The notes under the pieces are model-generated. The model was given only the letters and a program-made list of their open reading frames with translations. It searched no databases and was not told the DNA's origin. The translations under genes and the position numbers were made by a program. Positions 9,524 through 20,342 of a stretch of 64,000 bases of DNA are shown piece after piece (position 1 is the first letter of the stretch; every line of letters begins with the position of its first letter). The DNA comes from an uncultured bacterium (GTDB taxonomy: Bacteria; Hydrothermota; Hydrothermia; WGAB01): assembly GCA_964406105.1 (NCBI GenBank), contig CAYOQK010000024.1, positions 27,294 through 91,293 on the forward strand. Reading direction: 5' to 3'.

Positions 9524-12129
9524 AAGTTTGCCGACAGGCCGATTTGGACACTTCGGGGTTCCCGATACCGAGCGGGGTTGAGCATCATCTCAGGGGTCGT
9601 GCGGGGCGGCAGCGGATCTCCAGGTTCGTAGGCTCGCCCTGTCACCGGGTTCACGTAGTACACGTTCCGGTGATTGAACAGGTTCCGCACCGACACCTGG
9701 AGGGTCCAGGAGCCGTGGAGCCAGCGGAACCCCTTTCGGAAGGACACATCTACCCGATGCCAAGGGGGTCCCAGCCGAGAGTTCCGCTCTCCGGGGTTGC
9801 CCAGGGTGTCTATTGGGGTATAGCGTCGGCCAGCGCTGTAGGAGGCGTTGACCACCAGTTGCCAGTCGTCGGGCAGGGTCCAGCGGCCGAGCACCGGGTG
9901 TTCGCCTGGGCCCCAGCGATACCCCAGGGTGAGGAACAGTTCGTACGGGCGGTCCCACCGCAGGTACCATTCGCCCAGGCTCTCCTCGGCGCCCACGAAA
10001 TAGAAGTCTTCCTCGGTGGAAGACCGTCCTTTGGCCTGGGACAGGGTCCATTCCAAACGGCCGAACCAATGGCGAAACAGGCGGCGTTCCCACCGCCCCT
10101 CCAGGCCCACGGTGCGCGCATAATCGGCGTTGAAGTACATCCAGTAATCCGGATTCGGAGGGATGCCGGGCACCTTGCGGGCCGTAGGGTAGTTAAAAAT
10201 GTCCTTGTAATACGCCACCAGGGACACCTTGGTGTGATCGTTCAACAGGTGTTCCCAACCGAGCTCATAGGCCACGGTCACCTGGGGTTTGAGGTGGGGA
10301 TTGCCCACCAACTCGTAGGACGAAGAGGCCCGCACCCCCAACTTGGAGTACACGTACTTGAAATCGGGCATTTGGGAAAAATGGCCGTAGGAAAAGAAGA
10401 ACTTGTCCACATCGGTTACAGGGTAAGCAATGCCGATCCTGGGACTAAGGTGACCCTTGTAGCGGTAGCCCAGACGAGGAATCCGAGGGGTTTCGTCCAG
10501 GTACCGCTGGTACTCCTGGGCCACGATGGGGGCCAGATCGCCGGAGGCCAACCCGCGTTCCACCCCTCGGTCCAGGTACCGGCCGGGCACCCAAAAGTCG
10601 TACCGCAGCCCCACGTTGGCCACCATCCCCGCAAAGGTGATCCGATCCTGCAGGTACAAGCCGCCTCTGGTGGTGTACACCCGATACACATCGTGGTTCA
10701 GGCCCAACCCATCGGGGGAGTAGAACCAGGGGTACTGGATATCAATCCACTGGGCCTCGGTGTAGTTCAGGAGGAGGCCCATTTTGGTGGTGTGCACAGC
10801 CCTGGGCATCACGGTCCAGTCGGCCTTCAAGATGTAGCTCTCCACGTAGTGGTCGTGCCAGTACGGTGCATCGCCCGCATCGTAAAAGCCATAGGGCGGG
10901 ACATCGTCCCGCCGCTCCTGGTACTCGCTCCAGTGCTTGCCCTGTACATCCAGGTGGAGGTTGGAGAACACCCGGGAAAGCCGCACCTCGTAAAAGGACC
11001 GGGGAGAAAGCATCTCCTTGTAGGAAAGGATGGCCTGGTTGGAATGTCGGGTGAACACAGGGTAATGGTCCAGGATCTCAATGTAGCGATAAGGAAAGCC
11101 GTAGGCGAAGGGGTAATCGCGTCGGTAGTAAAAGTAGCCTTGATTGATCTCCAACGACTGGGTAAAGGTGAGGTAAAGCTTTCGGCGGTCGTTGGGCGTA
11201 GCTGCCAGTTTGAGGATGGCTGAGAGTTCGTTCTCCTCTCGGGGAGAGAGCCGATCCGTGCCCACCACCGAGGAGTACAAAGGACGGCCCACATGGGGCA
11301 GATAGGTGTCGGTGGTGCGGTAAAACAGGTTGCCGAACACCGTGAGCCGACCCAACAACGGAGCCTTTTGAACCAGGGGGCCGGAGAGCGAAGCGTCCAC
11401 TTGATCGGTGTTAAAGAAACGGAACAGATACGGGTGGTCGGTACGCACCGAGGCCGAGGTGTGCCAGCGGTCACCCCCTTCCCGGATCTCCACCTGGATC
11501 ACGCCCGACATGGCCTCGCCGTGTTCGGCATTGAAGCCTCCCAGCACGGCCTCGTACTCTTGAATCGCCGAGGAGGGGATGTACACCGTAAACGCATTGC
11601 CCGACAGGGGGTCCCGCACTGGAATGCCGTCAATCATCATGACGATCTCGTTGGTGCGGCCGCCCCGGATGTGCACCTCGCGGGTACCGAAACTCACCAC
11701 CCCCGCCTGGGTGCTTAAGGCGGTAACCGCGTTGGTGGCGCCCAGGTTCTCCAGGTCTTGGGAACTGAGGTTGCGCAGGGTTGCGCTCACCTTTTGTTCC
11801 AGCAGGGGGCGTTTGGCGGTCACCACGATCTCCTGTTCCAGGGTGATGGCCTCCTCTTCCAAGTAGAAGTCCAGGGTAACGGGGGTGTTGCCCCGAACCT
11901 CCACGGTGTAGGTTTTATCGGTATAGCCGAGCATGGAGGCCGTGATCCGGTACTTTCCCGGTGGCACATCAGGGATCACATAGGCTCCGTTTTCGTCGGT
12001 GGCCGCCCCCAAAGGAGTGCCTTCCAGGTAAACGTTGGCACCGGGCAGGCCTTTGCCCGTGCGGGCGTCATACACGTGTCCCTGCACGAAGCCACTGACC
12101 AGTACCAGCACAGGCACCCAAGCGAGCAT
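9520..12129 (-). CDS. TonB-dependent receptor with N-terminal carboxypeptidase-regulatory-like domain (SusC-like)
   Basis: 869 aa. Signal peptide, CarbD_reg-like GHVYDARTGKGLPGANVYLEGT...NGAY, plug region (VVTAKRPLLEQ, IRGG), long beta-barrel ending in terminal F (SANF). Confidence 0.85.
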   Translation of the reverse strand: MLAWVPVLVLVSGFVQGHVYDARTGKGLPGANVYLEGTPLGAATDENGAYVIPDVPPGKYRITASMLGYTDKTYTVEVRGNTPVTLDFYLEEEAITLEQEIVVTAKRPLLEQKVSATLRNLSSQDLENLGATNAVTALSTQAGVVSFGTREVHIRGGRTNEIVMMIDGIPVRDPLSGNAFTVYIPSSAIQEYEAVLGGFNAEHGEAMSGVIQVEIREGGDRWHTSASVRTDHPYLFRFFNTDQVDASLSGPLVQKAPLLGRLTVFGNLFYRTTDTYLPHVGRPLYSSVVGTDRLSPREENELSAILKLAATPNDRRKLYLTFTQSLEINQGYFYYRRDYPFAYGFPYRYIEILDHYPVFTRHSNQAILSYKEMLSPRSFYEVRLSRVFSNLHLDVQGKHWSEYQERRDDVPPYGFYDAGDAPYWHDHYVESYILKADWTVMPRAVHTTKMGLLLNYTEAQWIDIQYPWFYSPDGLGLNHDVYRVYTTRGGLYLQDRITFAGMVANVGLRYDFWVPGRYLDRGVERGLASGDLAPIVAQEYQRYLDETPRIPRLGYRYKGHLSPRIGIAYPVTDVDKFFFSYGHFSQMPDFKYVYSKLGVRASSSYELVGNPHLKPQVTVAYELGWEHLLNDHTKVSLVAYYKDIFNYPTARKVPGIPPNPDYWMYFNADYARTVGLEGRWERRLFRHWFGRLEWTLSQAKGRSSTEEDFYFVGAEESLGEWYLRWDRPYELFLTLGYRWGPGEHPVLGRWTLPDDWQLVVNASYSAGRRYTPIDTLGNPGERNSRLGPPWHRVDVSFRKGFRWLHGSWTLQVSVRNLFNHRNVYYVNPVTGRAYEPGDPLPPRTTPEMMLNPARYREPRSVQIGLSANF

Positions 12130-12414
12130 CGGGGAAAGTATAGGCCCTGGCGCGGCACACCCACAAGGCGAGGGAGGTTTCTGGCAACCTCGGCCCCACG
12201 TCCCTGGAGGTCTTACCGGGGGCCTTGCCTTTTACTTGAGCCCCAAGGGGTTGCAACGTGCTCGCTGCCGAAGAAAATGGGGTTGGGCGGGTTTATAAGT
12301 TTACGGCCCTCGGCCCGTTTCCCTTTGCCCATTCCTTCCCGGTGTTCCCAAGCCTCCGGTGGCCAGAGCCCTTGACACCCCCCTTACAATTGGAGAAACC
12401 AAGGGGGCTTTGCC

Positions 12415-14772
12415 ATGCATCACATCCAAAAGGCAGCTGTACTCGGAGCCGGGACCATGGGGAGCCAGATCGCTGCCCACCTCGCCAACATTGGCGTGGA
12501 TGTCCTGCTCCTGGACATCGTGCCGCCCGATGCTCAAGACCCGCAGGATCGCAATCGTTTCCCTCGCTTGGCCCTGCAAAGGCTTCAGAAGTCTCAACCC
12601 CCGGCTTTTTACCACCCTGATTTTGCGGGTCGCATCCGCATCGGGAACTTTGAGGACGATCTCCCCAAGGTCTCGGAGGTGGACTGGATCGTGGAGGCCG
12701 TGGTAGAACGGCTGGACATCAAGCGCGCCCTGTTTGAGCGCGTGGAGCAGTTCCGGACTCCCGGCACCCTGGTGAGCACCAACACCTCCGGGCTCTCGGT
12801 GAATCAGCTGGCCGCAGGGCGGTCCGAGGATTTCCGCCGCCACTTCCTGGGCACCCACTTCTTCAATCCTCCGCGCTTCATGAAGCTCTTGGAACTGGTG
12901 CCCCAGCAAGACACAGACCCCGAGGTGCTTCGGTTCATGGTGGATTTCGGCCGACGCCGGCTGGGAAAAGGTGTGGTGATCGCCAAAGACACCCCCAACT
13001 TCATCGCCAACCGTTTGGGCGTGTTCGGCATCCTGCACACCATCCACACCATGGTGGAAATGGATCTCACCGTGGAGGAGGTGGATGCCATCACGGGACG
13101 AGCCATGGGGCGACCCCGCACCGCCACCTTCCGCACCATAGACCTGGTGGGCTTGGATGTGCTCCTGCACGTTGCCCGCAATGTCTACGAGAACGCACCC
13201 AACGACGAGATGCGAGAGATCTTCAAACCCCCGGAGTTTCTGGAAAAGATGGTGGAACGGGGGCTCCTGGGCGACAAAGCCGGTGGCGGCTTTTACAAGA
13301 AGGAAAACGGTCGCCGCTTGGTGCTGGACTGGAAAACCCTGGAATACCGGGAACGACAGAAGCCGAAGTTCGCCTCGGTGGACACGGCCCTGTTAGAGGA
13401 CACCCCAGAGGCCCGAATCCGGGTACTGCTCCAAGGCAAGGATAAGGCCGCGGAGTTCGCCTGGCGTACGCTCTCGGCCTTCCTGACGTATGCGGCCCGC
13501 CGTATCCCTGAGATCGCCGACGATATCCTCAGCGTGGACAACGCCATCAAATGGGGCTTCAACTTCCGCCTGGGTCCCTTTGAAACCTACGATGCCATCG
13601 GAGTGCGGTGGTTCGTGGAACGGCTGGAACAGGAAGGCCAACCGGTACCTGAACGGGTGCAGGAACTCCTGGACGCAGGGAAAGACCGGTTTTACCTGCA
13701 AGAACCCACCCGTCGGCTGTACTTTGACTTCACCCGCAAAGACCACGTCCCCGAGGAACTGCCCGAAGGGGTTATCGTGCTGGAATACCTGAAGGCAGAG
13801 GGCCGCGAAGTTCTGGCGAATCCCGAGGCCAGCCTCATTGACCTGGGCGATGGCGTCGCCCTGCTGGAGTTCCACACCAAAGCCAATGCCTTGGGTCCAG
13901 GCACCATCCAGATGATCTTTGACAGCCTGGAAAAGGTCCGCAGCGACTTTGACGCCTTGGTGCTGGGCAACCGAGGCCGCCACTTCTCCGCGGGCGCAAA
14001 CCTGGCGTTGATCCTGCAGGCCATCGCCGAGGAGGAATGGGACGAACTGGACTACATGGTGCGGCGGTTCCAGCAGGCGGCTATGGCGCTCAAGTACTTT
14101 GAGAAGCCCGTGGTGGCCGCACCCTTTGGACGGGTACTCGGTGGAGGCACGGAGATCACCATGCACACCCACCGGGCCCAGGCGGCCGCCGAGACCTACA
14201 TGGGGCTGGTGGAGGTGGCCGTAGGCCTGCTGCCTGCAGGCGGTGGCACCAAGGAAACCCTGATCCGCTTTACCCAGGACATCATGGCAATCCCAGATGC
14301 CGATCCCTACCCCTTCCTGCGGGAGGCCCTGACCCAGATCGGGATGGCTAAGGTGTCCATGAGCGCCTACGAGGCCCAACAGATGCGGTACCTGCGGCCC
14401 GGCGACGGTGTAACGATCAACGACGATTTCCTGCTGCACGACGCCAAACAGGTGGCTTTAGAGATGGCTCGTACGGGGTTCACACCGCCCACCCCGAAGA
14501 AGATCAAGGTCACCGGTGAATCCGGCTTTGCGTATCTCCAGATGCTCATCTACAACCTGCTGGAGGGCAAACAGATCACTGAGCACGATGCCTTTATCGT
14601 CACCCAGATCGCTCGGGTACTCACCGGAGGCTCTGTTCCTTACGGCACCGAGCTCACGGAGCAGGATCTGCTGGATTTGGAGCGTGAGGCCTTCCTGCGG
14701 CTCTGTGGCACAGAGAAAACGCAGCAGCGCATCATCCACATGCTCAACACCGGCAAACCCCTCCGCAACTAA
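12415..14772 (+). CDS. fadN: 3-hydroxyacyl-CoA dehydrogenase / enoyl-CoA hydratase fusion (FadN-type)
   Basis: 785 aa. N-terminal Rossmann [14 protein letters not shown] (HAD NAD-binding), C-terminal crotonase fold ([17 protein letters not shown]). Followed by thiolase and ACAD as in the B. subtilis fadN-fadA-fadE operon. Confidence 0.85.
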   Translation: MHHIQKAAVLGAGTMGSQIAAHLANIGVDVLLLDIVPPDAQDPQDRNRFPRLALQRLQKSQPPAFYHPDFAGRIRIGNFEDDLPKVSEVDWIVEAVVERLDIKRALFERVEQFRTPGTLVSTNTSGLSVNQLAAGRSEDFRRHFLGTHFFNPPRFMKLLELVPQQDTDPEVLRFMVDFGRRRLGKGVVIAKDTPNFIANRLGVFGILHTIHTMVEMDLTVEEVDAITGRAMGRPRTATFRTIDLVGLDVLLHVARNVYENAPNDEMREIFKPPEFLEKMVERGLLGDKAGGGFYKKENGRRLVLDWKTLEYRERQKPKFASVDTALLEDTPEARIRVLLQGKDKAAEFAWRTLSAFLTYAARRIPEIADDILSVDNAIKWGFNFRLGPFETYDAIGVRWFVERLEQEGQPVPERVQELLDAGKDRFYLQEPTRRLYFDFTRKDHVPEELPEGVIVLEYLKAEGREVLANPEASLIDLGDGVALLEFHTKANALGPGTIQMIFDSLEKVRSDFDALVLGNRGRHFSAGANLALILQAIAEEEWDELDYMVRRFQQAAMALKYFEKPVVAAPFGRVLGGGTEITMHTHRAQAAAETYMGLVEVAVGLLPAGGGTKETLIRFTQDIMAIPDADPYPFLREALTQIGMAKVSMSAYEAQQMRYLRPGDGVTINDDFLLHDAKQVALEMARTGFTPPTPKKIKVTGESGFAYLQMLIYNLLEGKQITEHDAFIVTQIARVLTGGSVPYGTELTEQDLLDLEREAFLRLCGTEKTQQRIIHMLNTGKPLRN

Positions 14773-14786
14773 CAGGAGGAACCATC

Positions 14787-15962
14787 ATGAGACAGGCCGT
14801 TTTGGCTTTTCCCGTGCGCACCCCGGTGGGCAAAGCACCCCGGGGCAGTTTGAAGGACACCCGGCCCGACGAACTGGCGGCCCTTGTGATCCGCGAAGTG
14901 GTCCGCCGGTCGGGCATTGACCCCCAGGAAGTGGACGACGTGATCCTGGGGTGCGCCTTCCCCGAGGCCGAACAGGGGATGAACGTGGCTCGGGTGGCCC
15001 TGATCCGGGCCGGCTTGCCGAACTCCGTGCCCGGAATGACCGTCAACCGGTTCTGCTCCTCTGGGCTTCAGGCGATCGCTATCGCTGCAGAACGCGTGAT
15101 GGTGGGGGCCGCAGATCTCATCATCGCCGGAGGCGTGGAGTCCATGAGCCGCGTGCCCATGGGCGGCTTCCGCTCCTCTCCCAACCCGTACCTGATGGAG
15201 CACTACCCCCAACTCTACATGGCCATGGGGCTTACCGCTGAGCGGGTGGCGGAAAAGTACGGCATTTCACGCGAGGACCAGGACCGCTTCGGATACGAGA
15301 GCCACATGAAGGCGGCCCGCGCGATCCGCGAGGGCAAGTTTCAGGAAGAGATCGTTCCCGTTCACACCCGCGTGATCCGTCGCACCGAGGACGGCGAGCA
15401 AGTGGTGCAGGAGATCACCTTGGAGGTGGACGAGGGGGTACGGTTTGACACCAGTTTGGAGAAAATGGCCCGATTGAAACCCGTGTTCAAACAGGGGGGA
15501 ACCGTCACTGCAGGCAATTCCTCGCAAATGAGCGATGGAGCAGCGGCGGTGCTCGTGATGTCGGAGGAGAAGGCCAAAAGCCTGGGCATTGAACCCATGG
15601 CGTACTTCCGTGGATACGCCGTGGCAGGCGTGCCTCCCGAGATCATGGGCATCGGCCCGGTGGAGGCCGTGCCAAAGGTGCTACGCCTTACCGGCGTACG
15701 CCTGGAAGACCTGGATCTCATTGAGCTGAACGAGGCCTTTGCCGCCCAATCCTTGGCCGTCATTCGGGAATTGAACCTGCCCTACGAAAAGGTGAACGTG
15801 AACGGTGGCGCCATTGCCTTGGGCCACCCCCTGGGCTGCACGGGCGCCAAACTCACCGCTACCCTGCTCTATGAGATGAAGCGCCGAGATGCCACCTTGG
15901 GCCTGGTGACCATGTGCATCGGCGGCGGCATGGGCGCCGCTGGCATCTTTGAACGCCGTTAA
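14787..15962 (+). CDS. fadA: acetyl-CoA C-acyltransferase (thiolase)
   Basis: 391 aa. Active-site Cys context [12 protein letters not shown]-terminal GGGMG motif region. Confidence 0.9.
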   Translation: MRQAVLAFPVRTPVGKAPRGSLKDTRPDELAALVIREVVRRSGIDPQEVDDVILGCAFPEAEQGMNVARVALIRAGLPNSVPGMTVNRFCSSGLQAIAIAAERVMVGAADLIIAGGVESMSRVPMGGFRSSPNPYLMEHYPQLYMAMGLTAERVAEKYGISREDQDRFGYESHMKAARAIREGKFQEEIVPVHTRVIRRTEDGEQVVQEITLEVDEGVRFDTSLEKMARLKPVFKQGGTVTAGNSSQMSDGAAAVLVMSEEKAKSLGIEPMAYFRGYAVAGVPPEIMGIGPVEAVPKVLRLTGVRLEDLDLIELNEAFAAQSLAVIRELNLPYEKVNVNGGAIALGHPLGCTGAKLTATLLYEMKRRDATLGLVTMCIGGGMGAAGIFERR

Positions 15963-15976
15963 CCGGAGGGAAAACC

Positions 15977-17749
15977 ATGGCACAGGATACCCCGCTGTAC
16001 AAAAAGGGCGGAGGCTTTCTGCTGGCCGATACCCCGGCCGAGGAGATGTTCACCCCCGAGGAGTTCACCGAAGAGCAACGGATGTTTGCCCAGGCCGCAG
16101 ACGAGTTCATGGAAAAGGAGGTGCTCCCCAAAAACGAACAGATTGAAAAGCAGGACTTTGACCTGCTTCGTTACCTGATGAAGAAGGCTGGGGAACTGGG
16201 CCTGCTGGCGGTGGACATCCCGGAGAAGTACGGAGGCCTGGGGCTGGACAAGGTGTCTTCCATGCTCATCGCCGAGCGCATGGCCAAACAGGGGTCTTTC
16301 AGCGTAACCTGGGGCGCCCACACCGGCATCGGTACCCTGCCCATCGTGTTTTTCGGCACTGAAGAACAGCGGCAAAAGTACCTGCCGGGCCTGGCCTCTG
16401 CCGACATCATCGGGGCCTATGCCCTCACCGAACCCGGGGCAGGCACAGATGCCATGAACATCAAAACCCGGGCCGTTCTCTCGGACGATGGCAAGTCGTA
16501 CATTCTCAACGGCAGCAAACAGTTCATCACCAATGCGGCCATCGCCGATCTCTTCACGGTCTTTGCCAAGATTGACGGCGAGAAGTTCACGGCCTTTCTG
16601 GTGGAACGGGATACCCCGGGCCTGGAACTGGGCGCCGAGGAAAAGAAACTGGGCATCAAGGGATCCAGCACCCGAAGCCTGACCTTCAACAACGTCAAGG
16701 TGCCCGTGGAGAACGTGGTGGGCGAGATCGGCAAAGGACACCACATTGCCTTCGGCATCCTCAACATCGGGCGATACAAACTGGGCGTGGGCTCCGTAGG
16801 AGCAGCCAAGGAGGCTCTGAAGGTAGCGGTGAACTACGCCAAAGAGCGGGTGCAATTCGGCCAACCCATTGCCAACTTCGGCCTGATCCAAGAAAAGATC
16901 GCCCACATGACCACCCGCATCTTCGTTACCGAAACCATGGCGTACCGCTTGGCCGGGCTCCTGGACGAAGCCATGAAGGGCCTGGATCCCAACGCACCGG
17001 ACTACACCCAGAAGTCCTGGAATGCCGTGGCGGAGTATGCGGTGGAGTGCTCCATCCTCAAGGTGTACGGCTCCGAGATGCTGGACTACGTGGTGGACGA
17101 AACCGTACAGATCTTCGGAGGCTACGGCTACACCCAGGAGTACCCCGCAGAGCAGTACTACCGGGATTCACGGATCAATCGGATCTTTGAGGGCACCAAC
17201 GAGATCAACCGCATCCTGATCCCCGGGATGCTCATGCGGCGGGCCCTGAAGGGCCTGATCCCACTGGTCCCCGTAGCGGCCAAAACCGCCAAAGAGACCC
17301 TCACCCTAATGCCCACCATGATGCCGCGGCCCGAGGGGCCGTTTTCCAATGAGAAGTTCGCTCTGCAGATGGCCAAACGGATCGCCCTCACCCTGGCTGC
17401 GGTGGCAGCCGACAAGTTCAAAGAGGCCCTGCGTCAGGAGCAAGAGGTGCTCGCCGGTCTGGCGGATATCGTCACCGAGGTGTATGCCCTGGAAAGCATC
17501 CTCCTGCGTGCCCTCAAGTCGGGCCACCGTTTGATGGCCTCCATGGTAGAGATGTACACCTACGAGGCCATGAAGCGCATAGAGCTCCGGGCCTACGAGA
17601 TCCTGCCGTACATGAGCGAGGGCGACGAGCTCCGCACCCTGATCTCCACCGTCCGAAAACTGGTTCGGCCCTTTAGCCCGCCGAACCTCATCCAAAAAAG
17701 GAGGGAGATCGCCCGCACGGTCATTGACCAGGGCAAGTATCCCTTCTAA
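15977..17749 (+). CDS. fadE: acyl-CoA dehydrogenase (long form with C-terminal extension)
   Basis: 590 aa. ACAD N-terminal, middle and C-terminal domain motifs (YALTEPGAGTDA, GGYGYTQEYP...RDSRINRIFEGTNEI). Confidence 0.85.
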   Translation: MAQDTPLYKKGGGFLLADTPAEEMFTPEEFTEEQRMFAQAADEFMEKEVLPKNEQIEKQDFDLLRYLMKKAGELGLLAVDIPEKYGGLGLDKVSSMLIAERMAKQGSFSVTWGAHTGIGTLPIVFFGTEEQRQKYLPGLASADIIGAYALTEPGAGTDAMNIKTRAVLSDDGKSYILNGSKQFITNAAIADLFTVFAKIDGEKFTAFLVERDTPGLELGAEEKKLGIKGSSTRSLTFNNVKVPVENVVGEIGKGHHIAFGILNIGRYKLGVGSVGAAKEALKVAVNYAKERVQFGQPIANFGLIQEKIAHMTTRIFVTETMAYRLAGLLDEAMKGLDPNAPDYTQKSWNAVAEYAVECSILKVYGSEMLDYVVDETVQIFGGYGYTQEYPAEQYYRDSRINRIFEGTNEINRILIPGMLMRRALKGLIPLVPVAAKTAKETLTLMPTMMPRPEGPFSNEKFALQMAKRIALTLAAVAADKFKEALRQEQEVLAGLADIVTEVYALESILLRALKSGHRLMASMVEMYTYEAMKRIELRAYEILPYMSEGDELRTLISTVRKLVRPFSPPNLIQKRREIARTVIDQGKYPF

Positions 17750-17763
17750 AAGGAGGGCCCATC

Positions 17764-19449
17764 ATGGATCGGCCCTGGTATGCCCATTACGATCAAGGGG
17801 TTCCTCGGAGCATTGAGTACCCCCGGGTTCCCCTTACGGAGCTCGTGGAACGGGCAGCCCGAAAGTACCCGAACAACGTTGCCTTTTCCTTCTTTGGCGT
17901 AGAGCAAACCTACCACGAGTTCATTGCCCAGGTGCATCGCTTTGCTGCCGCCCTCTATGACCTGGGGATCCGCAAAGGCGATCGCGTTTCCCTGATGCTG
18001 CCCAACTCGCCCCAGTTCCTGATCGCCTTTTACGGTGCCCTCAAAATCGGTGCCACGGTGGTACAAACGAACCCCCTGTACATGCCCTACGAGTTGGAAC
18101 ACATCCTGAACGATTCGGGCACCGAGACCATCGTGGCTCTGCATGTTTTCCATCCCCGCATTGAGGCGGTGCGCAGCAAAACCCCCTTGCGCCGCATCAT
18201 TTACACCTGCCTTGCCGAGTACCTGCCCTGGTGGATGAAGCCCCTGTACCGGTTGCGGCTCTTAGCGAAACGACAAACCCTCCGTGTACCCCGAGGTGCC
18301 GGCATCTATCGCTTCCAAGAACTCCTGCGCTCGGCTTCTCCCACTCCTCCCCAGGTGGACATTGACCCGATGGAAGACGTGGCGTTGTTCCAATACACCG
18401 GGGGCACTACGGGCACACCCAAGGCCGCCATGCTCACCCACTTCAACCTGGTGGCCAACACCTATCAAACCATCACCTGGGACACCATGATGGAGGAGGG
18501 CCACGAGGTGGTCATGGGTGCCCTGCCCTTCTTCCACGTGTACGGCATGACCGTGGCCATGAACCTGGCGATGGTGTCGGGTAGCAAACTGGTGCTGGTT
18601 CCCAAGTTTGAAGTCAAACAGGTGGTCAAACTCCTGGAGAAACATCGCGTGACCCTTTTTCCCGGTGCCCCCACCATGTACATCGCCGTGATCAACATGC
18701 CAGGGGTAGAAAAGCACGACCTGTCGTCCATCAAGGTGTGCATCTCGGGCTCTGCTCCCCTGCCTGTGAAGGTCAAGGAGGACTTTGAACGCCTCACAGG
18801 GGCCAAACTGGTGGAAGGCTATGGCCTGTCGGAGGCCTCTCCTGTGACCCACTGCAATCCCATTCTGGGGGTCAACAAGGCCGGCAGCATCGGGTTGCCG
18901 TTCCCGGACACCGACGCCAAGATCGTGGACCCGGAAACCGGCGAACGTGAGATGCCTGTGGGCGAACCGGGTGAGCTGGTGGTCCGCGGCCCTCAGGTCA
19001 TGAAGGGCTATTGGAACCGCCCCGAGGAAACCGCCCTGACCCTCCGTGACGGGTGGCTACACACCGGAGACATCGCCCGGATGGACGAAGAGGGCTACTT
19101 TTACATCGTGGACCGCAAGAAGGACATGATCCTGGCCTCAGGGTTCAACATCTATCCTCGGGAGGTGGAGGAGGTCCTGTTCCGACACCCTAAGGTTAAG
19201 GAAGTGGCGGTCATCGGGGTACCTCATCCTTACCGCGGGGAAACGGTCAAGGCCTTCGTGGTTCCCAAGGAGGGTGAAACCCTCACCGCCGAGGAGATCA
19301 TCCAGTTCTGCCGCCAAAACATGGCGAAGTTCAAGTGCCCCACGGAGGTGGAATTCCGCACGGAGCTGCCCAAGACCTTCGTGGGCAAGGTGCTCCGACG
19401 CGTATTGCGGGAAGAGGAATTGAAGAAACGCGGCCAGGAATCCGCTTAA
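17764..19449 (+). CDS. fadD: long-chain-fatty-acid--CoA ligase
   Basis: 561 aa. AMP-binding motif YTGGTTGTPKAAMLTH, GYGLSE, and C-terminal motif K in the KTFVGKVLRRVLREE region. Confidence 0.88.
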   Translation: MDRPWYAHYDQGVPRSIEYPRVPLTELVERAARKYPNNVAFSFFGVEQTYHEFIAQVHRFAAALYDLGIRKGDRVSLMLPNSPQFLIAFYGALKIGATVVQTNPLYMPYELEHILNDSGTETIVALHVFHPRIEAVRSKTPLRRIIYTCLAEYLPWWMKPLYRLRLLAKRQTLRVPRGAGIYRFQELLRSASPTPPQVDIDPMEDVALFQYTGGTTGTPKAAMLTHFNLVANTYQTITWDTMMEEGHEVVMGALPFFHVYGMTVAMNLAMVSGSKLVLVPKFEVKQVVKLLEKHRVTLFPGAPTMYIAVINMPGVEKHDLSSIKVCISGSAPLPVKVKEDFERLTGAKLVEGYGLSEASPVTHCNPILGVNKAGSIGLPFPDTDAKIVDPETGEREMPVGEPGELVVRGPQVMKGYWNRPEETALTLRDGWLHTGDIARMDEEGYFYIVDRKKDMILASGFNIYPREVEEVLFRHPKVKEVAVIGVPHPYRGETVKAFVVPKEGETLTAEEIIQFCRQNMAKFKCPTEVEFRTELPKTFVGKVLRRVLREEELKKRGQESA

Positions 19450-19467
19450 GCTGGGCTGCCTACGGGT

Positions 19468-20322
19468 TCACCCTACCGCCAAAAGGATCATGCTGCTCAT
19501 CATGTAGAGCGAGGCGAACTTGAAGAGCAGGAAATTCCGCCGGGGGGACGGCCGCGTGGCGCTGGTCAATGCCAAAAGGGTGAGGGCCACAGAAAGCACC
19601 ACCAGCACCTGCAAGATCCCCGCTGTCACCCCGATTCGCCAGGCAGCCACGATCATCGTCAGGGCCGCGAGGATGGCAGAACCGGCGATCATCGCATAGG
19701 CGAACCGAGGCCCGTACACGATGGGGATGGTCGGCACCCCGGCACGGCGGTAATCCTCATCGTACCGGAGCGCAAAGGTCACGATATGGGTGGGGATCCA
19801 AAAGAGGACCGCTAAGGCCAACAGGAGCCCCACCTCGTCTATTTGACCTGCAGACAACACTCGGCCGGCCAACACGGGCATGCCTCCAGCAGCACCACCC
19901 CACAGGATAGACCAAGCTGTGCGCCGCTTGAGCCAAAGGGTGTATACCACCACATCAAAAAACCACCCCGCAAACACTACAAGGCCATAGAGGGCGGAAA
20001 GGCGCAGGGCCCAACCGACCCCCAACACCGAGAGCAGAACCCCCAACCCCAACGCCTCGCTGGGGGACACCCGATGGGTAGGGAGGGGCCGCCAACAGGT
20101 GCGGTACATCCGGGCATCAATATCCCGGTCATACCACATGTTGACCACCGTGCTGCCAATGATGGCCAGGTACAAACTGCCCACCAACCCCACCACCTGG
20201 CTCCAGGGCCCTAAGGTGTGGGCACTGAAGTACCCGGCGATGCCGGTGAGTACCAGCAGGCCGGTTTGCAGGCTTTTGGTGAGCTGCCAGTAATTGCGAA
20301 GCCGATTCCAAAGGGTTTGCAT
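19468..20322 (-). CDS. ctaB: protoheme IX farnesyltransferase (heme O synthase), UbiA family
   Basis: UbiA-type polytopic protein starting MQTLWNRLRNYWQLTKSLQTGLLVLTGIAGY. ATG at 20322 has an AAGGGA RBS. The ORF-track N-extension to 20649 overlaps the upstream gene and is rejected. Confidence 0.8.
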   Translation of the reverse strand: MQTLWNRLRNYWQLTKSLQTGLLVLTGIAGYFSAHTLGPWSQVVGLVGSLYLAIIGSTVVNMWYDRDIDARMYRTCWRPLPTHRVSPSEALGLGVLLSVLGVGWALRLSALYGLVVFAGWFFDVVVYTLWLKRRTAWSILWGGAAGGMPVLAGRVLSAGQIDEVGLLLALAVLFWIPTHIVTFALRYDEDYRRAGVPTIPIVYGPRFAYAMIAGSAILAALTMIVAAWRIGVTAGILQVLVVLSVALTLLALTSATRPSPRRNFLLFKFASLYMMSSMILLAVG

Positions 20323-20342
20323 AGGTTTCCCTTGAAAAGGGC

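Noticed and set aside
9496-11223. 575-aa plus-strand ORF antisense to the TonB-dependent receptor
   Set aside because: Shadow ORF. No motifs, and the receptor on the other strand has plug, barrel and terminal Phe.
12357-12382. TTGACA-7nt-TACAAT as a sigma70 promoter for the fad operon
   Set aside because: A 7-nt spacer is incompatible with -35/-10 recognition. Retained only as a possible operator motif (see findings).
13393-14439. 348-aa minus-strand ORF inside fadN
   Set aside because: Antisense shadow ORF (Gly/His/Gln-rich). fadN has clear Rossmann and crotonase motifs.
15959-16906. 315-aa minus-strand ORF inside the acyl-CoA dehydrogenase gene
   Set aside because: Antisense shadow ORF.
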